A DNA stretch of 63,736 bases, filler included, from Octopus bimaculoides (taxonomy: Eukaryota), in the NCBI RefSeq assembly GCF_001194135.2. It is 4 parts of 4 records of this genome, joined end to end, with 100 filler letters (N's around TTAATTAATTAA, not from the genome) between each part and the next. Parts side by side here need not be neighbours in the genome. Positions count along the whole stretch, not along the records: positions 15,601 to 45,516 come from NC_068985.1; positions 45,617 to 62,104 come from NC_068982.1; 2 more parts are not named here. One strand, written 5' to 3'. Positions 37,237-50,917 of the stretch are shown here, piece after piece (position 1 is the stretch's first letter; every line of letters begins with the position of its first letter). The position numbers were made by a program, and so were the translations under genes. The notes under the pieces are model-generated. The model saw only the letters and a list, made by a program, of their open reading frames with translations, searched no databases and was not told the origin of the DNA.

Positions 37237-38244
37237 TATGTATATATGTATGTGTGTATATATGTTTGTATATATGTATGTGTGAATATATATGTAACTA
37301 GTTTTCGTTAATGGTTAATTATCATGTACATCAATACATTGAGATGTGTATATATTATTCATAAATATGAACACGTGTGTATGGCTGAGTGTGTGTCTAT
37401 GCGTGTGTGTGTGTGCGTATATATATATATATATATATATATNNNNNNNNNNNNNNNNNNNNNNNNNNNNNNNNNNNNNNNNNNNNNNNNNNNNNNNNNN
37501 NNNNNNNNNNNNNNNNNNNNNNNNNNNNNNNNNNNNNNNNNNNNNNNNNNNNNNNNNNNNNNNNNNNNNNNNNNNNNNNNNNNNNNNNNNNNNNNNNNNN
37601 NNNNNNNNNNNNNNNNNNNNNNNNNNNNNNNNNNNNNNNNNNNNNNNNNNNNNNNNNNNNNNNNNNNNNNNNNNNNNNNNNNNNNNNNNNNNNNNNNNNN
37701 NNNNNNNNNNNNNNNNNNNNNNNNNNNNNNNNNNNNNNNNNNNNNNNNNNNNNNNNNNNNNNNNNACACACACACACACATACAGACACTTTCAAGCACA
37801 CACGCACACTCGTACAGGCGTACACGATCGCGCACACAGACACACTCCGGCCCCGTACATTTAGTTATACAGTATATATTTATTTGTATGTGCAATCACT
37901 GGCATACCAGATATGTACTACAGCCATATAGAGACATGCGTGCGTTACAGGCACGCCATAGCTTAGATAGCATGCACGCATATCATAAACGGCATACACA
38001 TACATACATGCACAGAGTAAACGCACATACACAAAAACACACACACACATACACACACACTCAGAGACATAGGCACAAAGGCACTGTACCTGCAGTCACA
38101 CAGTGTAGAGCGTACACTCACTCACACGCACAATATTGTAGTGTATAGACACATACACACGCACATAAACTATATACATTATATATATATGTGTGTGTGT
38201 GTATGTATATGTGTATGTGTCTATATATGAGAACAATTTAGGGC

Positions 38245-38433
38245 TTAATAGACACGAGATGTGATCTATTTCTAGCACATTGAATGTCCACGTTAGTGGT
38301 CAACGTTATATATAAAAATATACTCTAATCCCCTGAGATTGCAGATATTGTTTCTGAATCTCTTTGATTCTTTAAACGTGCTAGCTTCCTGGTAATTAAT
38401 CGATATTAATTAATATATGGTTTTTACCCCATG

Positions 38434-38436
<3 letters not shown>
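38245..38436. repeat. Third copy of the 11137/11697 repeat family
   Basis: CTATTTCTAGCACATTGAATGTCCAC...CGATATTAATTAATAT...TTTACCCC, running into (AT)n. Confidence 0.85.
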
Positions 38437-38477
<41 letters not shown>

Positions 38478-38647
38478 TATTTGCAAATCAAGTGATTTGC
38501 ATACACAATCACTTGAACACACACATATATATATACCTATGTGTATATATGTATATTTATGCGTATGTGTATATATATATACAAACTATATAATATAAAC
38601 TATATGTATGTATATATATATTCATACACACACAGAGTAAACGTGGA

Positions 38648-40820
38648 TAATGATGATGACGACGACGACGACAGTGATGATGATGGTGGTGGTGTTGGTG
38701 GTGGTCGTGGTGGTGGTGGTCGGGTGGTGGTGGTCGTCGTCATCGTGGTGGTGGTGGTGAAAGATGAAGATGGGTGATGTTGATTCAACGAAGTAGTGAT
38801 AAGCAAAACAGGATGAGAAATTTATAAAGGTGGTGGTGGTGGTGGTGGAAGGTTGTGATGGTAGTTTGACTGGTGGTGGTGTCCATAGCAACGACAACCA
38901 TAGTGGTGGTGAAGGTGGTGGTGTGGTAGCAGCGGTAGTGGTCACAACAGTCATAGTGATTATGATCATGATGATGATGGTGGTAGTGTTTATAGACAGA
39001 AATGGTGGCGGCATTGACGATCGTCGTGGTGGTGCTGGTGGTGGTGGTAGTGGTAATGTTAACGATGATGGTGATGCTGGTAGTAGTTATGGTGCTAGTT
39101 GTGATGATGGTGGTGGTGATGATGATGACGTTTTTGATGGTGGTGAAGATGACCGTCCTAGTGATGAAGACGGTGGTGGTGACGGTGGTGGTATCGATGG
39201 TGATACCGGCGATGATAATGATGATGATGTTGATGATGGTGATGATGATGATGACGATGACGATGATGATGATGATGACGGCGATGACGATGATGGTGCG
39301 AAGGAGAAGGAGGGAGAGGGAGGATGGTGGTAGTATTGTTGATGAAGGCAGAGGTAGTTGTGATTACGACGATGATGCTGACGACAGTGGTGATGTTGCT
39401 GATGGTGGTTGACGACGACCACCATCGGTGACGACGACGATGATGATGATGATGGTGATGATGATGATGATGATGAAGATCTGTCGTTGTCACAACATCG
39501 GTCACAGCAGCAGCAGCGGCGGCAGCAGCAGCAATCGCCAGTATACATACTGTGTCACGATGGATGTGTTGGTAGTAGTTTTGGAGGGGGGAGGGGTANN
39601 NNNNNNNNGGTGATGCTGGTAGTAGTTATGGTGCTAGTTGTGATGATGGTGGTGGTGATGATGATGACGTTTTTGATGGTGGTGAAGATGACCGTCCTAG
39701 TGATGAAGACGGTGGTGGTGACGGTGGTGGTATCGATGGTGATACCGGCGATGATAATGATGATGATGTTGATGATGGTGATGATGATGATGACGATGAC
39801 GATGATGATGATGATGACGGCGATGACGATGANNNNNNNNNNNNNNNNNNNNNNNNNNNNNNNNNNNNNNNNNNNNNNNNNNNNNNNNNNNNNNNNNNNN
39901 NNNNNNNNNNNNNNNNNNNNNNNNNNNNNNNNNNNNNNNNNNNNNNNNNNNNNNNNNNNNNNNNNNNNNNNNNNNNNNNNNNNNNNNNNNNNNNNNNNNN
40001 NNNNNNNNNNNNNNNNNNNNNNNNNNNNNNNNNNNNNNNNNNNNNNNNNNNNNNNNNNNNNNNNNNNNNNNNNNNNNNNNNNNNNNNNNNNNNNNNNNNN
40101 NNNNNNNNNNNNNNNNNNNNNNNNNNNNNNNNNNNNNNNNNNNNNNNNNNNNNNNNNNNNNNNNNNNNNNNNNNNNNNNNNNNNNNNNNNNNNNNNNNNN
40201 NNNNNNNNNNNNNNNNNNNNNNNNNNNNNNNNNNNNNNNNNNNNNNNNNNNNNNNNNNNNNNNNNNNNNNNNNNNNNNNNNNNNNNNNNNNNNNNNNNNN
40301 NNNNNNNNNNNNNNNNNNNNNNNNNNNNNNNNNNNNNNNNNNNNNNNNNNNNNNNNNNNNNNNNNNNNNNNNNNNNNNNNNNNNNNNNNNNCATCACCAC
40401 CACCACCACCACCATCACTACTACCACCGCCACCACTACCTACACCACCACCATCACTACTACCACCACTACCATCACCCCTACCACTTCCGCTATCACT
40501 TCCGCCACCACCTCCATCATCATCACATTAAACAAACAAACACTTCCACCCCTATCACCACTACCACCACAAACAACAACAACAACCACAATAACATTAC
40601 CCCACCCCCACCATTACCTTCGTTACCATTACCATCGTAATTGACACCACTAACACCACCATCACGACCACTACCATCGCCACCACTATCATCATCAGCG
40701 GTACCACTACCGATACCACTGTCATCGCTACAACCGCTACTACTATTGTCACCACCACCATAGTCCACCACCACCACCACAGATCACCACCATAGGCCAC
40801 CACCACCACCACCACCATTT
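38648..40820. repeat. Complex (GAT/GGT/GAC)n and complementary (CAC/CAT)n low-complexity tract with gaps
   Basis: Direct read; source of the poly-D/G/M/H pseudo-ORFs. Confidence 0.9.
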
Positions 40821-41260
40821 CCACCTTCTCTTGTCCTCACTATAAACATATCACACTGTAAGTGACGTGTTTCACACTCCCCCCTTTTTTTTACCATCTC
40901 CAAACCCACCTCTTACACGTCCCTTGTATTTCTTTTTCCTTCGCGTTTTCGTTACACGCCTTTAAAAACAATGTCACACGCAAACATAGACACATATATG
41001 CACATACATACACATATATCATATACATACATGCATACGCGCGCGCGCGCGCAGATGTACTTATGTACACACGAACATGCATACATGCAGACATATTCAT
41101 ACATACACACATGCAGTCACACACATATATACATACACATATACAAATATGCATGCTTACACGCACAGACACATGCACACATCATATATATATGTATATA
41201 TGTATATATATATATATGTATGTATATATATANNNNNNNNNNTGTATGTATATATATATG

Positions 41261-41291
<31 letters not shown>

Positions 41292-41487
41292 TTATATACA
41301 TACTCTCGCATATACGTATATACATTCATGCATAAGTACGAAAGCATACAGACATACGTACTTATGTAAGATATTTATCTATATATATGTATGTATATAT
41401 ATTTGCATATATAAACATTTATGCACACTTGAATACACACATGTGAACATACGTTCTCACATGTATATGTATGTGCGTGCGCACACG

Positions 41488-41522
<35 letters not shown>

Positions 41523-41665
41523 TACATGTACAAACACGTGGACATCTTCGTACATAGTTACTCATGCACACAAGGAAGGTATATATAAATATATATAAAA
41601 TATATAGCTATATAGATTATCATGCGTCAGTACATGTGTAAATACGTGACGGTGTGGATATGTGA

Positions 41666-41717
<52 letters not shown>

Positions 41718-41727
41718 NNNNNNNNNN

Positions 41728-41773
<46 letters not shown>

Positions 41774-42149
41774 TGTGTGTATAAATGTGTGTTTGTACAA
41801 ATGTATTTATATATACATATGTGTGTGGTCAAAATCAAAGTAAGGTGACATGAAATACGATTAGCGGAAGAGGACAATTAAACCTGGTATACTTCTCGTC
41901 AGCCATGGGATCCAGAATTAGCAGTTACATCACGCTTGAGTTTCAAGACTTAATTCAATGGAACCACTCTTTGCTTGTACCTGCGGTTGAAAACACCAGT
42001 GAGGTAGCTGGCATCAAAAAGGATAAAAGTAGTAGAATATGGAGGATAAAATGAGGAGTAAAAATAAAGAGTAATAGAAAATGAGTAGACTTAGCACGGG
42101 GGAAAGACAGAGGGGGACAGAAAGAAAACGGTGTGGTAAAAAGTTTGCT

Positions 42150-42556
42150 AGGCACAAGCGTGGCTATGTGGAAAAAAGTTTGCTTGTCAGCCACATAATT
42201 CCGGATTCAGTGCCACTGTGTGGCACCTTAGGTATCTTCAGGTATTGCCTCGGGTCGACCAAAGACTTCAAAGTAGATTCGGTAGACAGAAACGGAAAGG
42301 AACAGGTCGTATAGACAGTGAGTTCCAACTAAATATGATAATTTGCATAAACAGAAAACACAATATCCCATCCCCTTCAAAAATGTGTGTGTGTGTGTCT
42401 TTGTGCTTATGTTTGTCCTCTACCGTCCCTTGACAACCAGTGTTCGTTTGTTTACGTCCTCGAGGTCTAGCGGTTCTAGTAACAGGCTTAAAAATTAGTA
42501 ATGGGATCGATTCTTTCGATTGATAAAACCCTGAGACTGGAACAAGTGAAAGATAA
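42150..42556 (+). mobile_element. SINE family C, near full length
   Basis: Head with GGATTCAGTGCC B-box variant, core, (GT)n, and 3' ACTGGAACAAGTGAAAGATAA. Confidence 0.8.
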
Positions 42557-42575
42557 AAAATAAAAGACACATATA

Positions 42576-42623
<48 letters not shown>

Positions 42624-42659
42624 CACACATTTCATTCATTCTCTGTTGCAAGCAATAAA

Positions 42660-42940
42660 ACCAGGTCGTCACTTCGATTCCCGATTACATGTTGTGTTCT
42701 TAAGCAAGATATATTTTTTTTTCATGTAGCTCCAGCCCAACAGCTGGCAAAAATGAGCTGTACCAGTAATTCAAAGGGCTAGCCTTGTTACATTCTATAT
42801 CACACAGTATCTCCCAGAGAACTGCGTTAAGGATACGCGTGTCTGCGGAGTGCTCAGCCACTTTTACGTTAATTCGACAAGCAGGTTGTTCCGTTGATCG
42901 CATCAACTACAACACTCATCGATGTAACCGATGTCGTGCC
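42660..42940 (+). mobile_element. SINE with family E-type body and family D-type 3' half
   Basis: GTTGTGTTCTTAAGCAAGA...AGCTGGCAAAAATGAG is joined to AATTCAAAGGGCTAGCCTTG...GGAGTGCTCAGCCAC. Confidence 0.7.
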
Positions 42941-43190
42941 AGTAGATATATGTGTGTGTGCGTGTGTGTGTGTGTACACTTAATGTCGCTACATGTTGGC
43001 TACATGTTTCCAGCAAACACTTTTACTGGCTTCATTTCATGTTTGAAACAAGAGTAACCATGGTGTGCTTATAAATTCATGCTAAACAAATGTATCAAGT
43101 GATTTCGATCGAAATGAACTGATTTTTTTTCCGGTTCTCTCGTATATGAGTAATCATATACATCGGTGGAAAATAGAAACACACATGCAG

Positions 43191-43287
<97 letters not shown>

Positions 43288-43630
43288 CACACACATACAC
43301 ATGCACACACACACACACACACGCACACACATACATACATGCATACATACACTGAGAAAGAAAGAACGAAAGAGTCGTGGCAGCTGGTTGTATTCTAAGA
43401 AGACAAGATAAATACCAAGCATATACATATATATGTGTGTGTGTGTGCGTATGTGCACGTGTATATGTCTATGTATCAGACCCGATGCATTCATGAAGAA
43501 CAGCTTTAAACCAAACAACGATGTATAACAACGTTTAATAAGGTTCACATATTCAAAACTTTATCTAAGCTATTTGACTTACAATTTATTCATGTAGCGC
43601 ATAGACACACATACACAAACATTCATATGA

Positions 43631-43666
<36 letters not shown>

Positions 43667-44175
43667 ATACATACATACACACACACACATATNNNNNNNN
43701 NNNNNNNNNNNNNNNNNNNNNNNNNNNNNNNNNNNNNNNNNNNNNNNNNNNNNNNNNNNNNNNNNNNNNNNNNNNNNNNNNNNNNNNNNNNNNNNNNNNN
43801 NNNNNNNNNNNNNNNNNNNNNNNNNNNNNNNNNNNNNNNNNNNNNNNNNNNNNNNNNNNNNNNNNNNNNNNNNNNNNNNNNNNNNNNNNNNNNNNNNNNN
43901 NNNNNNNNNNNNNNNNNNNNNNNNNNNNNNNNNNNNNNNNNNNNNNNNNNNNNNNNNNNNNNNNNNNNNNNNNNNNNNNNNNNNNNNNNNNNNNNNNNNN
44001 NNNNNNNNNNNNNNNNNNNNNNNNNNNNNNNNNNNNNNNNNNNNNNNNNNNNNNNNNNNNNNNNNNNNNNNNNNNNNNNNNNNNNNNNNNNNNNNNNNNN
44101 NNNNNNNNNNNNNNNNNNNNNNNNNNNNNNNNNNNNNNNNNNNNNNNNNNNNNNNNNNNNNNNNNNNNNNNNNNN

Positions 44176-44209
<34 letters not shown>

Positions 44210-44423
44210 TATATCTTTCTCGCTTTATATTTAGGCACAAACATCTACTTATCTATCTGTCTGGCTGGCTGGCTTGCTGCCTATCTATCTTCGTAATTAT
44301 TTGTCTATCAATGTTTCTCTCACCGTTTTATTGCTTTCTGTTTTACTATCTATCTAGCTGTCTGTCTATCTGTTGTTCAACCTATCCATCCATCCATCCA
44401 TCCATCCATCCATCCATCCATCC

Positions 44424-44479
<56 letters not shown>

Positions 44480-44554
44480 GACTCTCCTCTGTATGTGTTT
44501 GTCTGTCTGTCTGTCTGATCTACCTATCTACCAAACTGTTTATCTTTCGTAAAG

Positions 44555-44697
44555 TGGCGATTTGGCAGAGTCACTAGAGCATCAAATATGAATGCCTGGT
44601 GTTATTGGTTCCGGTTTTCTGTACTTTGAGTTCAAATCCCATCGAGGTCAAATTTATCATTCATTCCTTCCGAATCGATTATTAAATTACCATTAGG
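44555..44697 (+). mobile_element. SINE family B, diverged
   Basis: GGCGATTTGGCAGAGTC...GAGTTCAAATCCCATCGAGGTC. Confidence 0.65.
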
Positions 44698-44747
44698 TGA
44701 AATCACATCTCTCTCTCTCCCTCCCTCAACTCTCCCTTCTCTTTCTT

Positions 44748-44819
<72 letters not shown>

Positions 44820-44920
44820 ATCTCACTCTCACCCACACATACGCCCTCACACTCTATCTCACTCTCTAGTTTGTACTTGCAATTCAATGGTCCAGTCTTG
44901 TCACAATGTTACCATTGACT

Positions 44921-45358
44921 CTTAGTGTGTCAAGAGGCTTGCTTCAGAACCACAAGGTCCCCGGTTCAATCTCACTGCGTTGCACCTTGGCCAATTGTCT
45001 TCTACTTATAGCTCCGATGGCCAACCAAAGCTTTGTGAATAGATTTGGTAGGCGGAAACTGTAAGAAACACGTCGCATATATATATATGATATTGCAGCG
45101 TGCAAGCACAGGTACGTGTGTGTGAGTGTGTGTGTGTGTGTGTGTATGTATTTCTGTGTTGTCCCCACTCACTAATTGACAACCGGAGTCGGTTTGTTTA
45201 CATCGTAGTAACTTAACGGTTCGGCAAAATTACCGAAAGTATACCAGGCTTATAAACAGCAAAAAACAAAGTACTGGGATCGATTTCATTGATTAAACCC
45301 TTCAAAGCAATGCACCAGTATGACCGCAGTCCAATGACGGACACAAGTGAAAGATAAC
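44921..45358 (+). mobile_element. SINE family C, near full length
   Basis: GGTTCAATCTCACTGCG...GTCTTCTACT...GACAACCGG...CCGCAGTCCAATGAC. Confidence 0.8.
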
Positions 45359-45516
45359 GATTTTTAAAAAAGGATACAAACTACTATGGTATACTCAGCC
45401 ATTCATTGGTTGATTTCACGAATTTCGGGAGTAGAAATTTAGTTGTTCGAACAACTAACTGTAAGACCATAACGAAAACCGACGGACATCCTACACCGTA
45501 TATGTCTGTTCATCTA

Positions 45517-45616
45517 NNNNNNNNNNNNNNNNNNNNNNNNNNNNNNNNNNNNNNNNNNNNTTAATTAATTAANNNNNNNNNNNNNNNNNNNNNNNNNNNN
45601 NNNNNNNNNNNNNNNN
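45517..45616. other. Artificial scaffold join (44N-TTAATTAATTAA-44N)
   Basis: Same exact 100-bp pattern. Confidence 0.95.
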
Positions 45617-45643
45617 GTTAAACGATGATGATGATGATGATGA

Positions 45644-45794
45644 TCATCATCATCATCGTTTAACATCCGCTTTCCATGCTAGCATGGGTTGGAAGATTTG
45701 ACTGAGGACTGCCGAACCAGATGGCTGCACCAGGCTCCAAACTGATCTGGCAGAGTTTCTACAGCTGGATGCCTTTCCTAACGCCAACCACTAC
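45644..45794 (-). mobile_element. Family A RTE-tail repeat, short 5'-truncated copy
   Basis: Reverse complement reads GTGGTTGGCGTTAGGAAAGGCATCCAGCTGTAGAAAC...CATGGAAAGCGGATGTTAAAC(GAT)n. Confidence 0.85.
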
Positions 45795-46068
45795 AAGAAT
45801 ATATATATATTAGTATATATATATCATCATCATCACTTAGTGTCTGCTTTCCATGGTAGTATGGTTTGGACAGTTTAACAGGAGGTGAGCAGCTGAAGAA
45901 TTCCTCAGGTTCCATGTCTGTTTCTACCACTTTACAGGGTGCCTTTACACACCACTGGCACGGGTGCATTTATGTGATTCTAGTATGGGTGCTTTCTATA
46001 TAGCGCCAGCACCTACAAGCCTGCAAGATTAGGAATGCTCAGCTGGAAAGGGATGTAGGGGACAAGCC

Positions 46069-46116
<48 letters not shown>

Positions 46117-48208
46117 TATATATTTGAGCTATGATATGTCATTCAAATATATCGTATAAAACACTTCACAAAAAGAGTTTAATTTTTGTTGTTCGTTAGG
46201 CTTCTAAGTCAGTTCAGATCACACTGACAGATGATCCACAATTATAACGAAGGATTATCCAATCCAGGACTTGAAGTGCCATGGAAACTGGTATCCATGA
46301 GAATCTGACAGGCTAATTCCCCTACAAAAAAAAAAAAAAAACCTTGCTACCATCTTGAATTTTGAAGGGACTTCCACTTAATTCCAGCGCCTAAAAGCCT
46401 TTTTGTTCTACTAGCTAAAACTCTTTTGAATGTTCTGCTATTACTCAAGTTATGTTAGCTTTGACCAACCTATATTCTTGTATACTCTGGAACTACATTT
46501 CCCAATATGTAAGACAAGAGGATATGATTTGAGGGAGATTTTAGCATATTTTTAGTAGGCTGAGCACCCATTTATTGGTTCCATATTGGCTTTTCTTTAG
46601 GATATGTTTTGACATATTGTAGTATTAAATTTCTTCATTTACTATGAATTGTCACATAGTAATAAATCAAAGAATAATGGAATCACTTCCTACACATAAA
46701 GAGAAGATGAACTCCTAAAGCTAAATCTAACCTTCTGCAAGGTAGAATACTTTTATAAAAACATTATGACATATCCATTATTGACACTGTTATCCCAACT
46801 ACAATAATTTGATTACCTATACGACAATAGCCTGCAGAGATTCTAGCTTATTTCCCTTTATTGCATGATTCTATTTCCAGGTAGCAATCAGAATGCATTC
46901 ATAGTTTTAATGGGTTATGGAAAAATATATGGGAATCGAATTGAATTTAATTCAATTTGAAAGGGAAACGATAGTGTATTACCTTGGCATCACATGCTTC
47001 GGTAAATATATAATGGGTTCAGATTTAGAAATGAAATATTTTGACTGTTTATTTACCTTTTAATTTTTATTTATTTATTTATCTTATATTGCAGATTTGT
47101 GAACAATAGAGTCGTTACTGACAAGTTTGCAATGCATCAGTCTACAATCTTTGCTCCATTTCTGACAGCAAGAGTGACAAGGGAGCATGACCAGATTTTC
47201 AGTAATATTTATAATCTTCAAATCTTCACCAATATACATTGGCAAAAGATTTACAATACATATAAATAGATGTGTACAAATATATATATATACATATCTT
47301 GTATAAAATTTGTGGGTAAGGCTGGAACACAAGACAAGCAACACAAAGAACGACCCTTCGTCAGTTGTTGGCTTCTACTCTCATATTTTGAGCATTTAAC
47401 AACAATATACACTTTCAATAAAACAGTTGCCCCTGCAAAGCAAATTAAATAAAATTTGGGATTTTGTGGAGGGTCAAAATTGGTAACACAAACAGGACAG
47501 TGAAAACAAACAGGAAGGGCTGCTAAGCATAAACGAGGTTGTGGTGGCAAACGTGTAAATCAAGCTTGGACAGGAGACAGACAAGAACACATCTTCTGCA
47601 CAGCCAGACTTTTATACAAGAGGAAGATATGGTAGGCCTATAGAGTCATTTAGTCTACTTCTTCATCATCACTCTTTTGTTGTTTTTCTTCAGCTTATCT
47701 AAATATGTTAATTTACAGGGTATTTTTCCCTGATTTATGATAGTCTTTGTAATAATTTCATACTCAAGCACCATGTAATTTGAAGAAAATGGTTTTGTTA
47801 ATTTAATTAAAAGTACATTACTTCTAATAAATATAGAATTTATGAACTTCCTATGAAGACAAAAATTGATTATTGATATCAATGTAAATATCTTAAACCC
47901 TGGTGACTACTGTTTTTGTAGTAATTTTCTTCAAGAAATTAATGCAAATATATTTTATAACTGGAAAACTATTTGTTCTCATTGGAAATCTATAGATCTA
48001 TATATCGGTTGATTAATTTCTGTATTAATCTATATCACTAGTTGAAGTCCAAATAGATTATATGTGTGTTAAAGAAAGCTTATATGTGTTCAGAGCTGTG
48101 GTTCTCATCTCAACCATGTTTTGCCTATGAACCGCTTTGATTCCAATTTCACTTTACTGAACCCTCATAAACATTTGGTACTTAAAATATCTTATGTTTT
48201 TATAATTA

Positions 48209-48426
48209 CAAGAGTGTGCTGAAAAGTTCCTGGCTTTGGGTAAAAAAAAATGCAGGAGGATCAGTTAATTATGATTTTATTCAACATATTCTCTTCTCAG
48301 ATTCACACACTTACTGCAGCAGTCCTTCAGTTTTCTAAGCCCTGTAAAAGAACTCAGAAGGTGGGGCCTCCAACCAGGCCCCCTTTGCAATACCCTTAAA
48401 GTCAGGAACTTTTCAGCACCCTTTCA
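48209..48426. mobile_element. Non-autonomous mariner-type MITE
   Basis: Inverted termini GTGCTGAAAAGTTCCTG(G/A)CTTT at both ends; left end preceded by TA. Confidence 0.8.
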
Positions 48427-49009
48427 TTAGGAATTGTATTTAAAAATTGTTAAAACATTTTGTGTACTGCAGAAGTATAACCAATTTATTGCACATAAAT
48501 TTTAATAACAAAATCTTATATGGCCGCCAAGGGTCATATGCACCCCAATTGAGAATCATAGGTTTAAGGTATTATGAAACAATAGTAGTCACCACAGAAA
48601 TCACATTTGTGAAAAAATACATTTTACTATTTTACTTGTTTCAGTCATTTGACAGTGGCATATGGTGTAGTGGTTAAGAGCGCAGGCTACTAACACCAAG
48701 ATTCTGAGTTCAATTCCAAGCAGGTAGAATATGATTTGAAGGAGATTTCATTGCCATTTCTAGTAGACTAAGCAACCATGAAGAGGTTCCTTTGTCAGTT
48801 TGTTTACAATGCAGTTGACTTATATGTCGTTCAACTTAACTCAAGGCAATATAACTCTCTTCCATTTTATAAAAGATGAAATTTAATTGGAAAAGGAATT
48901 ACTGTTTCATATCAAGATGTTTAAATCTGCTTTCTTTCCAGGAATTGTCAGATGTAATTTGCTGGATATTTAGTTTCATTTCTCTGAAAATACAACAACA
49001 ACCAGAGCA

Positions 49010-50545
49010 ACAGCATCATCCACATCATCATCATCATCGTCACCATCACCATTATCACCATCACCATCATCATTGTCATCATCATCATCATCATCACCAT
49101 TATCATCATTGTAATTTTATATCTGCTTTCCATGCTTGTGTGGGCTGAATTGCTTGGCTGACTGACTGACTGAATCTAACAAGCTGGAGGGTCACATCTT
49201 GATCAAGTCTCTCAGATTTCACATGGCTTCTGCAGCAGTTTACTCCTCCTAATGCCAACCACTTTGCAGAGTGTATTGAGTGCTTTATTTATTTATTTAT
49301 TCATTTACTTATTTACTTATCTTTTGGCACCATCTCAGTTGAGGTCACCCTGAAACTCATGGGAGTCATCAAGATCCCTTTTGACCGAGAGGCAGAACAG
49401 AAAAGAGGAGATAGCTTTATGTAAAGTGTTGAAAGGTATATGGGGAGAGTAAAAAGAACAGCTTTATTTCTGTGGAGACGATTCAATGCTACTCTGCATT
49501 ATATATAGGTGAGTGACATGGATGGAGTGGTGCCAGGAAAAGTGATAAAGATAGTGGTGACAAGATGCCAGAGCATATCCTCAAGGTACCATATCCAAGA
49601 AGGTAAATAGAGGAGAATGTGGAGAGAGAAAGATCAGTTAGAATGGGTAACTGTTGCAAAAGGGAGTGTTAAGGTGGTAGGAGTGGTGGATTGAAATAGG
49701 GGTGGAGGTTGTCAGAGGTTGTCGAGCAGTGGGTGCAGGGAATAGGGAACAAGGATGGTAAATATGAGGGGGAGGATGATGGCAAGAAGGCAGAATGGAT
49801 GTCAAAAGGTAAAGGCTCAGAAGAGGAAGAGAGAGTGATGACTGGCAGTTCTGAAAGGGGGGATAATCTGATATATAGAACAGCTTCCGTTTTCATTAAT
49901 TACAGTAGCGAAATAATGCACTAGATAGAAATGTGGGGCAGAGATGAATGATGCAGGGATGATGGGGAGAGAGAGAGCAACAGGTGTAGACCCAACATGG
50001 ATATTTTGGACAGCAGACCCATTTGTATAAATATACACTATGCTTTCAGAATATTAATTGCACCACATTTGCATGGACAGGCAGGGTTTTTTATCAAGTG
50101 CTGCATATCATCAATCAGCTCAATCATTAGTCAGACCTATATGAAAATCAACATCCTGATATCAGTCTTTGCCATTTCATCCTACATTTCTAGAATCTTC
50201 CTCTTCTACAGATTTTATCCACTGTCATTGATCAGCACTTCTTTATATAGCTGCCTTCATCCATACACACCACGTGTTCATACCAATACAGTCTTCATTC
50301 TTACACACTACATCTGATTTTTCTTATACCCAGTTTTTCTCTCAATAGATTTTTACTCTGTTGTTCATTCATACTGGCATTGCACATCCAGCAAAGAATG
50401 CTTGCTTCATTTCTTTCAACTTTTTTCAGCTTCTCTATATTTAAGACTCACAGCTCACAATTATGTAGCATTGCAGTTCGTATACAAGTATCATACACGC
50501 TGCATTTTCCTCTAAGAGAGAAGCTTTCCATTACCAAGTGAAATA
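49010..50545 (-). mobile_element. 5'-truncated RTE LINE: ORF2 C-terminus, 3' UTR and (GAT)n tail
   Basis: 50060-50545 reads SLRGKCSVYDTCIRTAMLHNCEL*...ERNEASILCWMCN...LREKLGIRKIRCSV*E*RLYWYEHVVCMDE. Terminus at 49120-49290 resembles the family A tail, followed by (CAT)n on the plus strand. Confidence 0.8.
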
Positions 50546-50682
50546 GTAACTTAGTAATGTTTATTTTTGTATATACTTCCACTGTTTTTTTTACATTTCA
50601 AAAGCTTTCTCCTATTTTTTTTAATTGCAAAGTCTTTCATCAGATCCTCACTATGACACCATGAACAGTTCAAAATTATATT

Positions 50683-50917
50683 TCTTATTTCTTTACTGCC
50701 CACAAGGGGTTACACACAGAGGGGACAAACAAGGACAGACAAACAGATTAAGTCGATTATATTGACCCCAGTGCATACCTGGTACTTATTTAATCGACCC
50801 CAAAAGGATGAAAGGCAAAGTCGACCTTGATGGAATTTGAACTCAGAACGTAGCGGCAGACGAAATACCGCTAAGCATTTTGCCCGGCGTGCTACCGTTT
50901 CGGCCAGCTTGACGCCT
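50683..50917 (-). mobile_element. SINE family B, full length
   Basis: Head GGCGTCAAGCTGGCCGAAACGGTAGCACGCCGG, B-box GAGTTCAAATTCC, tail CCCCTTGTGGGCAGTAAAGAAATAAGAAATA. Confidence 0.88.

Noticed and set aside
38830-39548. Long Gly/Asp-, Met/Val- or His-rich ORFs
   Set aside because: Trinucleotide low-complexity DNA that is open in several frames on both strands; no splice or homology support.
39609-39832. Exact 224-bp duplicate of 39070-39293
   Set aside because: Identical copy wedged between a 10-N gap and a large gap; most likely a false duplication from assembly.
17339-44481. Numerous long ORFs containing X-runs and HT/CV/YI/LS dipeptide runs
   Set aside because: Artefacts of N-gaps and dinucleotide microsatellites.
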